Below, in pieces: positions 1-9,268 of a stretch of DNA of 64,000 nucleotides. Under the pieces are notes generated by a model. That model saw only the letters and a program-made list of their open reading frames with translations, was not told the origin of the DNA and made no database searches. The stretch spans positions 1 through 64,000 of the IMG/VR virus record IMGVR_UViG_641228477_000003; one strand, given 5' to 3'. The DNA comes from an uncultured virus (IMG/VR IMGVR_UViG_641228477_000003). Lineage: Duplodnaviria > Heunggongvirae > Uroviricota > Caudoviricetes. A program made the translations under genes and the position numbers. The stretch's first letter is position 1. Each line of letters begins with the position of its first letter.

Positions 1-92
1 TGCTGTTTCGTTGAACCATTCGGTAGAGCATCGCCCATTAAACTGAAGACGATAGACTCTACGCAGTAATTCCATTACTCTATCTTCGTTCA

Positions 93-389
93 TTATTTCG
101 ACCACTCGACCGATAGTATTTCGTCATGCTCTCCGCCATATGTGACTTCGATTTTGTCGCCTACCGTAACCTCATCTAGTATTGCGAATTCACCATCTTG
201 ATATAGGATTACACCTTCGTCGCCAGTCTTACCGATAACCGTGCCGTTCTCTACTTCAGTAACCTCATATCCGTGAATCTCGCCATATTGCGTTGCTGGT
301 GCGCCCTGTTGAGCGTGGGCGTCGATGCATCCGCTCATAAGTCCTAGTGATAGTCCAGCCGTTAATAATACTTTAGTTAGTGTTTTCAT
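93..389 (-). CDS. Putative lipoprotein/secreted protein
   Basis: Basic N-terminus, hydrophobic stretch, lipobox-like LMSGC; RBS GAGGT. Confidence 0.55.
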   Translation of the reverse strand: MKTLTKVLLTAGLSLGLMSGCIDAHAQQGAPATQYGEIHGYEVTEVENGTVIGKTGDEGVILYQDGEFAILDEVTVGDKIEVTYGGEHDEILSVEWSK

Positions 390-408
390 AGTTGATTACC
401 TCTTTCGT

Positions 409-741
409 TTAGTAGAATAGTTTGCGAATTGCTCTTCGTTTCATTGCCTTTGGCTTGTACTTGCGCAAAGGGTTCATTGTGTTATAGATGCTATATGGTA
501 CGAATACCACATCAGATTGCTTTGCTACTTCTTTAGTTGGCGCAGTAAGTTCGAGCGAGCCGTTACATACGCCAGTTTCCGATTGGATTTCCTTTAATAA
601 ATCGAGTACTTCTTCGTTAGTATGATGCGCATATCCACCGTGATATCGGTCGTTTAACTTTGTCGTAATCTCTGATACTAGAAGTGAATCATTCTCCTGA
701 AGTAATGCGATGATTGCTTGTTTGATTTGCGCTGTTGTCAT
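409..741 (-). CDS. Hypothetical protein (possible winged-helix N-terminus)
   Basis: ORF with GGAGG RBS in a co-directional operon. Confidence 0.6.
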   Translation of the reverse strand: MTTAQIKQAIIALLQENDSLLVSEITTKLNDRYHGGYAHHTNEEVLDLLKEIQSETGVCNGSLELTAPTKEVAKQSDVVFVPYSIYNTMNPLRKYKPKAMKRRAIRKLFY

Positions 742-753
742 GTTGCTTCCTCC

Positions 754-1512
754 TTATATGATTCCTAATTGTTTCTTAACGTCACGAGAATAAGATAGTG
801 CGTCGAACAATCCTTGTCGGAATTTACCTTCAGATTCTTTCGATAATGTTACTACCCACATAAGGTCTGTGTGTTTATTGTACAGTTGTATTTGCATTCC
901 ATTTTCGCTTTTCATAACGCACACTTTATCGCCTGTCTTCATCACATCGTCGAACTCGACACGTTCGTTTTCCTTCATGTATTCCGCCATATGGAATACT
1001 TCGTCGATTTGACTAATTGTTTCATTTTTTATATGTACTCGGAAGTTTTCAACACCATTCGTCACTTCTAGTGAAATTGAACCCCTACGCCCCATTACAT
1101 AGATTTCTAGTTCATTGAATGATTTCGCACATTTGATAACATCGACCGTTTTTGAAGGAATTGATATAGCAACAGCAGTCTCGGGACATTTCACATCTTC
1201 GGACTCAACTTTCTTCGGTGACTTGCCATCGTGTTTCGCCCACTTTTCAATATAATTGATTGCAGATTCAGGTGACTTAAATGTCTTGCGATTTCCGTCA
1301 GCTTTCGTTACGTCTACGTGACCTTTATCTATTAAACGGTGAGCCGTAGCCATATTCGTAGTAACGCATTCAAACTCGCCTTCTTCAGTTTCTGTTACAG
1401 ATACAAGGTACTTATCGCCCTGTATAAGGAATAGTACATCACCAGCATCTTTCTCGTCTTCATATGCGAATCCTGTTTGATTTAATAAAGTTTCAAATTT
1501 AGTCATTGTCAA
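754..1512 (-). CDS. Hypothetical early protein
   Basis: 252-aa ORF downstream of a sigmaA promoter, RBS GAGGT (start may be ATG at 1506). Confidence 0.7.
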   Translation of the reverse strand: MTMTKFETLLNQTGFAYEDEKDAGDVLFLIQGDKYLVSVTETEEGEFECVTTNMATAHRLIDKGHVDVTKADGNRKTFKSPESAINYIEKWAKHDGKSPKKVESEDVKCPETAVAISIPSKTVDVIKCAKSFNELEIYVMGRRGSISLEVTNGVENFRVHIKNETISQIDEVFHMAEYMKENERVEFDDVMKTGDKVCVMKSENGMQIQLYNKHTDLMWVVTLSKESEGKFRQGLFDALSYSRDVKKQLGII

Positions 1513-1534
1513 TTACCTCTTTCGTTTTTTTGTT

Positions 1535-1551
1535 TTACGCAACTTGCTTAA
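1535..1551. promoter_or_regulatory. Palindromic operator copy (TTACGCAACTTGCTTAA)
   Basis: One mismatch to the perfect copy at 20483-20499; just downstream of the early promoter. Confidence 0.7.
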
Positions 1552-1563
1552 CTCGTTGATGCA

Positions 1564-1593
1564 ATCATAACATCGACATGCAATACATGTCAA
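1564..1593 (-). promoter_or_regulatory. sigmaA-type early promoter
   Basis: TTGACA-N18-TATGAT with TG extension; near-identical to promoter at 6575-6604. Confidence 0.75.
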
Positions 1594-1620
1594 CAATAAA
1601 TAATAAAAAAAGAGAAACAC

Positions 1621-1860
1621 CTATAAAATAGATGCTTCCCTGTACGCAAATGCCCTGTCCATCGTGTCTTTGACCTGATACGGATAGCCTATGCCGACAT
1701 ACTTCCTATTAATATATACGTCAATCATCGGCGACTTCTTATAATATCCGTTCACATCGTAGCGTAGCTCGATTTCGTCCAGTTCTTTTACGTTCTTGAA
1801 TAGTTTTGATGATGTTTTGCGTTTAAGATCGGTAACGACGAACGTGTTTCGAAGTATCAT
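1621..1860 (-). CDS. Hypothetical protein
   Basis: ATGA overlap with upstream ORF. Confidence 0.55.
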   Translation of the reverse strand: MILRNTFVVTDLKRKTSSKLFKNVKELDEIELRYDVNGYYKKSPMIDVYINRKYVGIGYPYQVKDTMDRAFAYREASIL

Positions 1861-2276
1861 TCTTCTTCGTCCTCATCTTCGTAATTAACCACAAATGCAT
1901 CGCCACGTATTCCAGCTTCGTGAGCCTTACGCATCATACTATCAATATCATGTACAAACGATAAGTCTCGCTCAAGTGTCGCATCTTCAGGACATTCACT
2001 TAATGAACCGCAAGAGAAACTACCAGCAGGAGAATCGAATTCGATGCGTGATTCACCATTCCAATTCTTGCCCTCTAATATATTGATTTCGAACTTACCT
2101 TGTGGGATAAGGCGTAATGGATTGATTTCGTGGACGTCGTATGTTCCTTTCAGATTACCAGCCTGTCCAAGAGAACGGCTTAATGTCGCAGAATTATCGA
2201 AAGCCATTTGCCCACGTGCGCCCATGATTAATTTACCTGATTCCTTATCTACAGCAATGAAAATAGTCTGTTTCAT
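1857..2276 (-). CDS. Hypothetical protein, acidic C-terminus
   Basis: ORF with AGGAG RBS. Confidence 0.65.
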   Translation of the reverse strand: MKQTIFIAVDKESGKLIMGARGQMAFDNSATLSRSLGQAGNLKGTYDVHEINPLRLIPQGKFEINILEGKNWNGESRIEFDSPAGSFSCGSLSECPEDATLERDLSFVHDIDSMMRKAHEAGIRGDAFVVNYEDEDEEE

Positions 2277-2287
2277 ATTGCTTCCTC

Positions 2288-2578
2288 CTATTTAAGTAGA
2301 TTTACGCTCATACTATGCGCACGAATAATACGTTTATATTTAACTTCCACCCAAAAACGAGCAGATTCGTCGCCATAATGTACGTCGATAATATTAGTTC
2401 CATCGGATAACCTCGTACCGATCTCACACGGCATCGAGTTTAATAAGACACTTTGCGTTGCGCATAGATGTAGGAATTCCTCTTTATTAATAGGGAATCC
2501 CAACTTCTTCAGCACTTTGTACAATGATGGCTTTCTACGAAGACGTGATACGAAGTTAACTAAGTCCTCTAACGTCAT
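2288..2578 (-). CDS. Hypothetical protein (weak S4-like segment)
   Basis: TAATG coupling; LYKVLKKLGF...SVLLN loosely resembles S4. Confidence 0.5.
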   Translation of the reverse strand: MTLEDLVNFVSRLRRKPSLYKVLKKLGFPINKEEFLHLCATQSVLLNSMPCEIGTRLSDGTNIIDVHYGDESARFWVEVKYKRIIRAHSMSVNLLK

Positions 2579-3138
2579 TAGACCACCTTCAATCTACGAA
2601 TCTTACTCGGATTGATTGCGTCACGATACGCTTCGTTGTTTTCCTTCGCCTTCTCAAGCGCCTGTTCTTCGACCTTATGATTCTCGTAAGGTGAGCGCAC
2701 ACGACGATTAGGTCTTCGATAATTCTTGCCATCGGATGCTTGGGATTTAAGGGCTGCGTTAAAGTCCACGCTGATTTCGCCACGGTCTTGAACCCTACGT
2801 TTGATTTGATTAGGCGTAAGAACTGGTCGTTCTTCTAGCGTAATCTTGTCGGGACGTGCATCGCCCTCTAGAAACTCATACATAAGATGGTCAGCTAGTA
2901 AATCTAGCGCTTCTACGAATCGACCACGTCTATCTTGCATCTTAATCTTCGTAGGCATTTCGCCCCTGTGAGCGAAGTACGCTTCCGTTAAGGCTTCTAC
3001 GGCTTGGATGCGGTCTTCTAGCGGTAACATCAGCGATACTAGTTTGCTAGTTTCCGTGATGAATCCGCCTTTTGATGTGAATACTACTTTATCTAAATAC
3101 GATTTATATTCGTTAATATTGTTGATTTCCGTCGTCAT
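2578..3138 (-). CDS. Hypothetical protein
   Basis: 186-aa ORF, GGAGG RBS. Confidence 0.7.
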   Translation of the reverse strand: MTTEINNINEYKSYLDKVVFTSKGGFITETSKLVSLMLPLEDRIQAVEALTEAYFAHRGEMPTKIKMQDRRGRFVEALDLLADHLMYEFLEGDARPDKITLEERPVLTPNQIKRRVQDRGEISVDFNAALKSQASDGKNYRRPNRRVRSPYENHKVEEQALEKAKENNEAYRDAINPSKIRRLKVV

Positions 3139-3150
3139 TGTAATGACCTC

Positions 3151-3507
3151 CTATACATATTCCCACTTAGTGAAGATTTTCGTGATGTGTTTTAATCCAG
3201 CTTTGCGGTGTCTACTAACCGTAGATATGTCGCAGTTCATAATGCTTGCTACGTTGATTACAGATAAGTCCTTGTAATATAGAAGTTCGATAGCAAGGCG
3301 TTGCTTTTGCGTCATTCCTGATTTATCGATTGCGTGACGTAAATCTACTAATAGATCGATGGACGCCATGTCGCCACGAGTATACGCAGTTTCACGAATC
3401 TTATTGACATCCTTCAATAGACTCTCTACGCCTTCTTCGGTATTTAACATATAGCGAGTCTCTAATCGCTTCGTTCCAGCTTCTTTATCGAAACTACATA
3501 CGCCCAT
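3151..3507 (-). CDS. Sigma-70 region 4-like HTH protein
   Basis: MTQKQRLAIELLYYKDLSVINVASIMNCDISTVSRHRKAGLKHI; start moved to ATG after GGAGG. Confidence 0.75.
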   Translation of the reverse strand: MGVCSFDKEAGTKRLETRYMLNTEEGVESLLKDVNKIRETAYTRGDMASIDLLVDLRHAIDKSGMTQKQRLAIELLYYKDLSVINVASIMNCDISTVSRHRKAGLKHITKIFTKWEYV

Positions 3508-4084
3508 GTTGTGACCTCCACTTCTTATCGATATCAATTAATACCGCATCTAATTGCTGGATTAACGGAATCAGACCATCGTCGTTCTGAATCTCGTAAT
3601 CTACTTCGAAATCATCCGTCTGTGTTTCGGTAATATGATAGAAGTCCGCTTCTTTAAACTCATCGCCAGCATCGATAATACGTTGCTTTCGAATCTCATC
3701 GTCCGTTTTCACACGAATGATATATGCGCCCTGTTCTCGAAGAGAATCTATTTCGTTCTGTTGACGTACGTCCGTAATAACTACGTTCTTTCCGACCGAG
3801 CGTAAGAAATCAATCTTCGGCTGAAGTCGCTCAACCCATACTTCAGGATTTTCCTTGCGTTGCTCCTGTCCTTCGAATTGAAGTAATTCACGACGCTTTC
3901 CGCCTTCTTGCTTGCCATACTTGCGGTCAACATCCTTCTTTAGTTCGTCTGCATACGCACCACGTTCGAATCCGCCACGCTTCGTCTTGAACATTAACCT
4001 TGCGATAGTGTCCTTGCCTGTTCGCATCTTTCCTACTAAACCGATCATTACCGTTTCATTACTTGTTATCAATTTCCTTACCAC
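3494..4084 (-). CDS. Deoxynucleoside monophosphate (dNMP) kinase
   Basis: P-loop GKMRTGKDT, RELLQFEG, VVITDVRQQNE, HITE. Confidence 0.85.
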   Translation of the reverse strand: MVRKLITSNETVMIGLVGKMRTGKDTIARLMFKTKRGGFERGAYADELKKDVDRKYGKQEGGKRRELLQFEGQEQRKENPEVWVERLQPKIDFLRSVGKNVVITDVRQQNEIDSLREQGAYIIRVKTDDEIRKQRIIDAGDEFKEADFYHITETQTDDFEVDYEIQNDDGLIPLIQQLDAVLIDIDKKWRSQHGRM

Positions 4085-4250
4085 CCTTCACGATTAAATT
4101 CATTCCATAACTCATTGCGAACATTGCCACTGCATACTGAATAAATTCTGATACTGGATTACCACTCACGCTGTAACGTACGCCTATTGCGAATGCACCA
4201 GCACCTAGCCACATAAACATCCTTCCGACCATCATATTTTTCATCTTCAT
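4059..4250 (-). CDS. Small two-TM membrane protein
   Basis: Two hydrophobic segments; preceded by phage promoter motif. Confidence 0.6.
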   Translation of the reverse strand: MKMKNMMVGRMFMWLGAGAFAIGVRYSVSGNPVSEFIQYAVAMFAMSYGMNLIVKGGKEIDNK

Positions 4251-4277
4251 GACCTCTTCCTTTGCTTATTTACACTT

Positions 4278-4309
4278 ACATAAGGACATGAAGGCATAAA
4301 AAAAGAGCG
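4278..4309 (-). promoter_or_regulatory. Phage-specific promoter motif (representative of 16 copies)
   Basis: Minus strand CGCTCT-N16-GTCCTTATGT; see findings. Confidence 0.75.
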
Positions 4310-4322
4310 ACACCATTAGGCA

Positions 4323-5090
4323 TCACTCTCTTATATATCCTTGTACATATTTCACACCGAATGCGGACGTATCGGCTTCGTTAGCACCGAAGAACATATC
4401 GAAGGTATTTCCCTTGATTGCTCCACCCCTATCTTCGCAGATAAACGTACCGCCCAGTGCAGGTATGTCTATTTCAGTTCCGAATGCGTATTGCGGTGGA
4501 CACGCTAGAGTGCGGCCCTTTGTATAATCTGTACCACTAGCGGTCTTTCCTTCGCATCCGTTGCAATCAGCACCATATGCCGTAACTCGCATATCTATAT
4601 TGCGCCCACCACTTTTCGTAGGTTCTTCGACAGGTGTTTCCGCCTGTTCAACTTTGGGCTTCGGCTCTTGTGCCTGTGGCTTCGGAGGTACTTGCGGTTT
4701 CTCTATCGGCTTCTCCTTTGATTTAGCGATGGACGCTTGTAACTTTTTTAGGCGTTCGACCTCGCCTGTTAAGTGACTGACGACGTCATCTTTCGAATGA
4801 CTATCGGCTTGCGTCGCTTTATGGTTCTCACGCTCGACCGATAGGTCTTCTTGCGCCTGACCCAGTTCGATTTCGAGTTCGTTGATTCTCACATTCAATA
4901 CTTCGTCATGCTCTTTAATTACCTTGAGTTCTTCAGCATTTACGTTGTAATTGTGCTTCGTGCGAGCAAGATCGTTCTCTAATTCCGTAATTGTTTCGTT
5001 CGAGGTTCGTACTTTATCGACTAATACCGTGACGGTTACAAACGTAAGCATCGTCGCCAGTATCAGGATTAGGTATCGCATCCTACTCAC
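4323..5090 (-). CDS. Membrane-anchored coiled-coil 3D-domain protein (lytic transglycosylase-like)
   Basis: N-terminal TM, coiled coil, VTAY...GKTASG...EDRGGAIKGNTFDMFF. Confidence 0.85.
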   Translation of the reverse strand: MSRMRYLILILATMLTFVTVTVLVDKVRTSNETITELENDLARTKHNYNVNAEELKVIKEHDEVLNVRINELEIELGQAQEDLSVERENHKATQADSHSKDDVVSHLTGEVERLKKLQASIAKSKEKPIEKPQVPPKPQAQEPKPKVEQAETPVEEPTKSGGRNIDMRVTAYGADCNGCEGKTASGTDYTKGRTLACPPQYAFGTEIDIPALGGTFICEDRGGAIKGNTFDMFFGANEADTSAFGVKYVQGYIRE

Positions 5091-5323
5091 TTCATTTCAC
5101 CACGCTTAATCATGCCACGTACTTCTTTGAAGAACTCGTGCATGTTAACGACTTCGATTCCGAAATCATTTTGTAATTCGTGCATGAATGCCTTCGTAGA
5201 TTTAAGTGGGAAAATACCACCGAACCCTACGACCTTCTCCTTGCCTGTTTTCAACTCAATGACATGGAATGACTTTTTATTGATTGGTGCGAATCTGATT
5301 TCAGCTTTAATACGTTTTATCAT
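5087..5323 (-). CDS. Hypothetical protein
   Basis: ORF with GGAGG RBS. Confidence 0.55.
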   Translation of the reverse strand: MIKRIKAEIRFAPINKKSFHVIELKTGKEKVVGFGGIFPLKSTKAFMHELQNDFGIEVVNMHEFFKEVRGMIKRGEMK

Positions 5324-5325
5324 GT

Positions 5326-5901
5326 TTATTCCTCCCAGTTATAGTAATGATTTCGGCATACACTTTTGTATTCTTTGTCGCCGATCTGTACTTCCTCGCC
5401 ATCATAAGAAGGCATGCCACCTATCAAGCGCAGGTTCATCGTAGCCTTGCGGTCACATAATGCGCAGATACCTTTAATTTCCGCAACATCGTCGGCAAGT
5501 GCCAGTAATGCGGATGAGCCTTCAAATAACTCACCCTTGAAGTTCGTCTTCAGCCCATATGCGATAACAGGAATGTCGAACCCATCTACGACATCACACG
5601 CAAATATCTCGACTTGGTCACGTGTAAGGAATTGCGCTTCGTCGATTAAGATAACGTCAGGATAGTTTCGTCTACTTTCTTGACGAAGTAGTTCTACGAT
5701 AGATTCCGTCGCATCTAACTCGTAGGCATTGCGCTCTAGACCTACACGACTTACAATGAACCCTTGCTTTCGTGAAGTTCCTTTCGGAATAATCACGAGA
5801 ACATTGCGTCCGTTCTCTTCGTAGGTAACCGCAGTCTTCAGTAATTCGAGAGATTTACCAGCGGACATTGTACCTAGTTTTGCGTACATCTTTGCGCCCA
5901 T
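5326..5901 (-). CDS. tdk: Thymidine kinase (TK1 type)
   Basis: GTMSAGKS, IVSRVG, ILIDEAQF, YGLKTNF, FEGS, Zn lasso CALC...VCRNH. Confidence 0.95.
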   Translation of the reverse strand: MGAKMYAKLGTMSAGKSLELLKTAVTYEENGRNVLVIIPKGTSRKQGFIVSRVGLERNAYELDATESIVELLRQESRRNYPDVILIDEAQFLTRDQVEIFACDVVDGFDIPVIAYGLKTNFKGELFEGSSALLALADDVAEIKGICALCDRKATMNLRLIGGMPSYDGEEVQIGDKEYKSVCRNHYYNWEE

Positions 5902-5966
5902 ATAACGCCCTCCTTTCGCATACATAAGGACATGAGGGCATAAAAAAAGAGCGCTATATCAGCGCC

Positions 5967-6200
5967 CTAGTCTTTTAACTTTCCTTCAATTTGAATTATT
6001 TTATCTAGTGTTTCTTTTTTAGTCTCAAGTAGTGAAGCCATAAATTGTAATACTATAAATTGGACGACACCACCGAATACTAGCGTCAGCCCCCCGACGA
6101 TATCCCCATCGCCTAATGCAACGAATGTTGTAAATAGCATTATCGCTCCAAATATGATTGATAGTACACGAAGAATTGCTACGATGTTTTTCTGACTCAT
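5967..6200 (-). CDS. Small two-TM membrane protein (moron-like)
   Basis: Own sigmaA promoter TTGATA-N17-TATAAT with the operator in the spacer; own terminator; AT-rich. Confidence 0.7.
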   Translation of the reverse strand: MSQKNIVAILRVLSIIFGAIMLFTTFVALGDGDIVGGLTLVFGGVVQFIVLQFMASLLETKKETLDKIIQIEGKLKD

Positions 6201-6242
6201 TTATATAACCGCCTTTATATGATATGTAGTTAATATCATTAT

Positions 6243-6259
6243 ATAAGCAAGTTGCGTAA
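6243..6259. promoter_or_regulatory. Palindromic operator copy within a promoter spacer
   Basis: ATAAGCAAGTTGCGTAA. Confidence 0.7.
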
Positions 6260-6274
6260 ATATCAATAAAAAAA

Positions 6275-6541
6275 CTAGTCGTATGCTAGAATCTCTTCGA
6301 GAGTCTTCGAAGATTCTTTCACGTAGGAAATCTCGAAGAGATTCGGATATTCTTTACGAACGCACTCTCTCGCTTCTTCTTCGTCCTCACATCGATACCA
6401 TTCTAATCGTTGACGCTTGTCTTTGTCATAGAAATCCACCTCCCACGTCGGCGCTAGTGACCTATCAATTGCAGGTGTATGCGTTACTGGTGGCGCTCCT
6501 ACCGTTACTACTGGTGCATCAAACAAACTCATTTGTTCCAT
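6275..6541 (-). CDS. Hypothetical protein with N-terminal QMSLF (beta-clamp-binding-like) motif
   Basis: GAGGT RBS, own early promoter. Confidence 0.6.
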   Translation of the reverse strand: MEQMSLFDAPVVTVGAPPVTHTPAIDRSLAPTWEVDFYDKDKRQRLEWYRCEDEEEARECVRKEYPNLFEISYVKESSKTLEEILAYD

Positions 6542-6574
6542 GTGATTACCTCGTTTCATTAAGTTGTTGAATAC

Positions 6575-6650
6575 AGCATATCATCGACACGCAATGCATG
6601 TCAACAATAAATTTAAAGACATTGATTCGTACGCATAAAAGTGATATTAT
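6575..6650. promoter_or_regulatory. Divergent sigmaA promoters
   Basis: Minus TTGACA-N18-TATGCT (6604-6575); plus TTGATT-N17-TATTAT (6622-6650). Confidence 0.7.
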
Positions 6651-6694
6651 TAGGTTAACTTAATATGAATTGGACATTATAGGAGGAACAAGTC

Positions 6695-7081
6695 ATGAAT
6701 AACAAAGACTATGTTAACTTTGACCGTGTAACACAGGAAAGCGACGTTTGGCAAAAACGTAAATATAAAGGATATGCGCCACTACATCGAACGAAGACAC
6801 CGACTGGTATACGAATTGTGCTGGGCGACTATCTTAAAAAGATTGACATGTCACAACGTTCTCTAGCAGAATTATGCGGACTGACTCAGCCGATGGTGAA
6901 CGACATGTGCGAGAACAGGACGACGTTCTTAAATATATCGCATCTTGTTCGCATCACTAGCGTACTAGGAATCACGGTTGACGACATCATTCAGATTACA
7001 CCGATACAAGAAACAGCGTACACAGAATCAGACAGCATACACAGCGTAATAAACGGAAAAAGAAGCGGTGCTACTCGTTAG
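6695..7081 (+). CDS. XRE/Cro-C1 HTH transcriptional regulator
   Basis: MSQRSLAELCGLTQPMVNDMCEN...LVRITSVLGITVDDII; AGGAGG RBS. Confidence 0.85.
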   Translation: MNNKDYVNFDRVTQESDVWQKRKYKGYAPLHRTKTPTGIRIVLGDYLKKIDMSQRSLAELCGLTQPMVNDMCENRTTFLNISHLVRITSVLGITVDDIIQITPIQETAYTESDSIHSVINGKRSGATR

Positions 7082-7416
7082 GTAGACCGCTTTTTCTTTT
7101 GCCTTTCTTTATGAGTACGCATTAAACGCATCGCCTTCGATACCGTGTACGGATGATGTATCGGTAAATCGAACCCCGATGTAGTATCCCCATTGAACTC
7201 TTCGAACTCTTTCGCCAAGTCAGCGGATTTCGCTTCGACTGGGTGCTGTTCTTGTATCTTTGCGAGTTCCTTCGCCCATGCATCATAAGTATGATCGCTG
7301 ACCAACGTTTCATTAAATCGATAGTACAAACACGAATGTACGAGAATCTGATGACGCCTTCTAGTGATTAACTCGACGATACTCGTTTGTAATGATTGCG
7401 TCATTGCTGAAAACAC
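7078..7416 (-). CDS. Stand-alone LigA subdomain-Ia-like protein
   Basis: RRRHQILVHSCLYY...VSDHTYD...L matches the YY-x-SD-x-YD pattern of NAD-ligase domain Ia. Confidence 0.7.
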   Translation of the reverse strand: MFSAMTQSLQTSIVELITRRRHQILVHSCLYYRFNETLVSDHTYDAWAKELAKIQEQHPVEAKSADLAKEFEEFNGDTTSGFDLPIHHPYTVSKAMRLMRTHKERQKKKRST

Positions 7417-7642
7417 CCCTCATCATTGCGTACCAGTCTTCGTACAGTTTATGGTTCTTATCAGTAGTTAAATCAATCCACATATTCGGACGGTCAGCAC
7501 CCCAGCGTACACCACACATATGATGCCCTATCGGAACGGCTCGCATCTTGAATATATCGGAATCCCTTTCCTTATACCTTTCGTTCAGTAGATTCGCTTG
7601 CCTTACGGTATCAATCGTAACGATTGCGAATGTTCTCTTCAT
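7361..7642 (-). CDS. Hypothetical protein
   Basis: GGAGG RBS. Confidence 0.55.
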   Translation of the reverse strand: MKRTFAIVTIDTVRQANLLNERYKERDSDIFKMRAVPIGHHMCGVRWGADRPNMWIDLTTDKNHKLYEDWYAMMRGVFSNDAIITNEYRRVNH

Positions 7643-7643
7643 A

Positions 7644-7895
7644 CTAGCACCTCCCAGCGATGATATGGTCGTCGAATGACATTTGCTTCGATTCTTTCTT
7701 ACTCGCCTGATTTACGTTTAAGTCTATATATCCGTATGTTTGGTCAGTGCGGTCGCCTATTGTAACTACGCCATTAACGAAACCTCTACGACATTGCTCA
7801 CAATTTGTTACGATAGGTGCGTTGAACGGATATTTCGCCAGCATTTCGATTAACTCGCCGACTGTCTTCGCTTCTTTTAACTCTCTTGTCATCAT
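7644..7895 (-). CDS. Hypothetical protein
   Basis: TVGELIEMLAKYP phage small-protein motif. Confidence 0.55.
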   Translation of the reverse strand: MMTRELKEAKTVGELIEMLAKYPFNAPIVTNCEQCRRGFVNGVVTIGDRTDQTYGYIDLNVNQASKKESKQMSFDDHIIAGRC

Positions 7896-8010
7896 GTTTG
7901 CGCCAACTCCTTTTATAGAATAAGAACTCCACGAGATCGGCTATGAACATACCTATTAAGTACTCCATATAATCACCTCAAATACATAAGGGCTTATAAA
8001 CAAAGAAAAA

Positions 8011-8032
8011 GACTAGAGCCGAAGCCCTAGCC
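8011..8032 (-). terminator. Intrinsic terminator GGCTAGGGC-TTCG-GCTCTAGTC (identical copies at 46190-46211, 48342-48363)
   Basis: cUUCGg hairpin followed by U-tract. Confidence 0.85.
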
Positions 8033-8037
8033 TATTT

Positions 8038-9237
8038 TTAGAACATCATACCAGCAACTGACGCCGATAATAGATTCGCAAGTAATCCAGCAACTAATGC
8101 AAGCAATCCTAGTTTCGCTACATCTTTGCGGATAGATGGCGCTAACGCACCGATGCTACCCAATAAGATTGCGATAACCGAGAAGTTAGCGAAGCCACAT
8201 AATGCGAATGTTACTACCATCATCGCTTTCGGTGATAATCCAGCGTCAATGAGTGAACCAAACGCTACGAATTCGTTAAGAACCGTCTTCTGTCCGATTA
8301 ATGACGCAGAAGTCATAACATCACCAGCAGGAACTCCAATTAACCATGCAAGCGGTGCGAATAGATATCCTAATAGTTTTTCGATTGATAGTCCGTCGAA
8401 TCCGAAGATTGAACCGACGCCACCCAATACACCATTTAATAATGCAACGATAGCCATAAACGCCATTAACATAGCAGCGACAGATACTACGATTTGCATA
8501 CCTTCTTGTGCGCCACGTGCCATTGCGTCGAAGATATTCGCTGATTCTTTATCCTTCGCCAGTTTAACGTCAGATATATTCGATTTCATAGTCGTAGGTT
8601 TGATAATCTTTGCGATAACTAACGAAGATGGAATCGCCATGATAGATGCCGTTAGTAGATATTTTAACGGAATCCCAAGGGCCGCATACCCGATTAAGAT
8701 AGAACCAGCAACCGATGCGAGTGCCGAAGTCATAATCGTGAATAATTCTTCCTTCGTTAATTTCGTTAAGTATGGCTTGATAAGAATCGGTGCTTCCGAT
8801 GCTCCTAGCGCAACACAGCTGATAGATGTAACGCCCTCTATTCTAGAAACGCCCATTATCTTCGAAACGATAGCCCCAAAGAAGTTGACGACATGTTGCA
8901 TAATTCCTAGATAATACAGTAACGATACTAGTGAACTAATAAACACGATAACCATTAGCGCATGGAAGAAGAATACGAAGTTACCAGTCGCAAGATCGCC
9001 GAATACGAACTCGATTCCGCCCTTCGAATAATCCATGAAATGCTGTACGCCATTTGATGCGGATTCCAGTAATTTGACTCCGATAGATGATTTAGTTACG
9101 AAGAACGAGAACCCGATTAACAGCGCAAGACCAGCGCCTACAGTCCGTAAGTTGACTTTCTTCTTGTTATTTGATAGTAGAAACGCAATTGCTAGAACTC
9201 CAGTGATACCTATAATTCCCCTTAGAATATCTTCCAT
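8038..9237 (-). CDS. nupC: Concentrative nucleoside transporter (NupC/CNT family)
   Basis: GIEFVFG, GASEAP, ASVAGS, GQKTVLNEFVAF, FALCGFANFS, ANLLSASVAG. Confidence 0.95.
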   Translation of the reverse strand: MEDILRGIIGITGVLAIAFLLSNNKKKVNLRTVGAGLALLIGFSFFVTKSSIGVKLLESASNGVQHFMDYSKGGIEFVFGDLATGNFVFFFHALMVIVFISSLVSLLYYLGIMQHVVNFFGAIVSKIMGVSRIEGVTSISCVALGASEAPILIKPYLTKLTKEELFTIMTSALASVAGSILIGYAALGIPLKYLLTASIMAIPSSLVIAKIIKPTTMKSNISDVKLAKDKESANIFDAMARGAQEGMQIVVSVAAMLMAFMAIVALLNGVLGGVGSIFGFDGLSIEKLLGYLFAPLAWLIGVPAGDVMTSASLIGQKTVLNEFVAFGSLIDAGLSPKAMMVVTFALCGFANFSVIAILLGSIGALAPSIRKDVAKLGLLALVAGLLANLLSASVAGMMF

Positions 9238-9268
9238 CGTTTACCCTCCTAATTGTAGGGGCGCAGAA

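Noticed and set aside
8126..8914. 262-aa plus-strand ORF and the many other plus-strand ORFs over minus-strand genes
   Set aside because: Antisense shadows of well-supported genes, with no RBS or motifs
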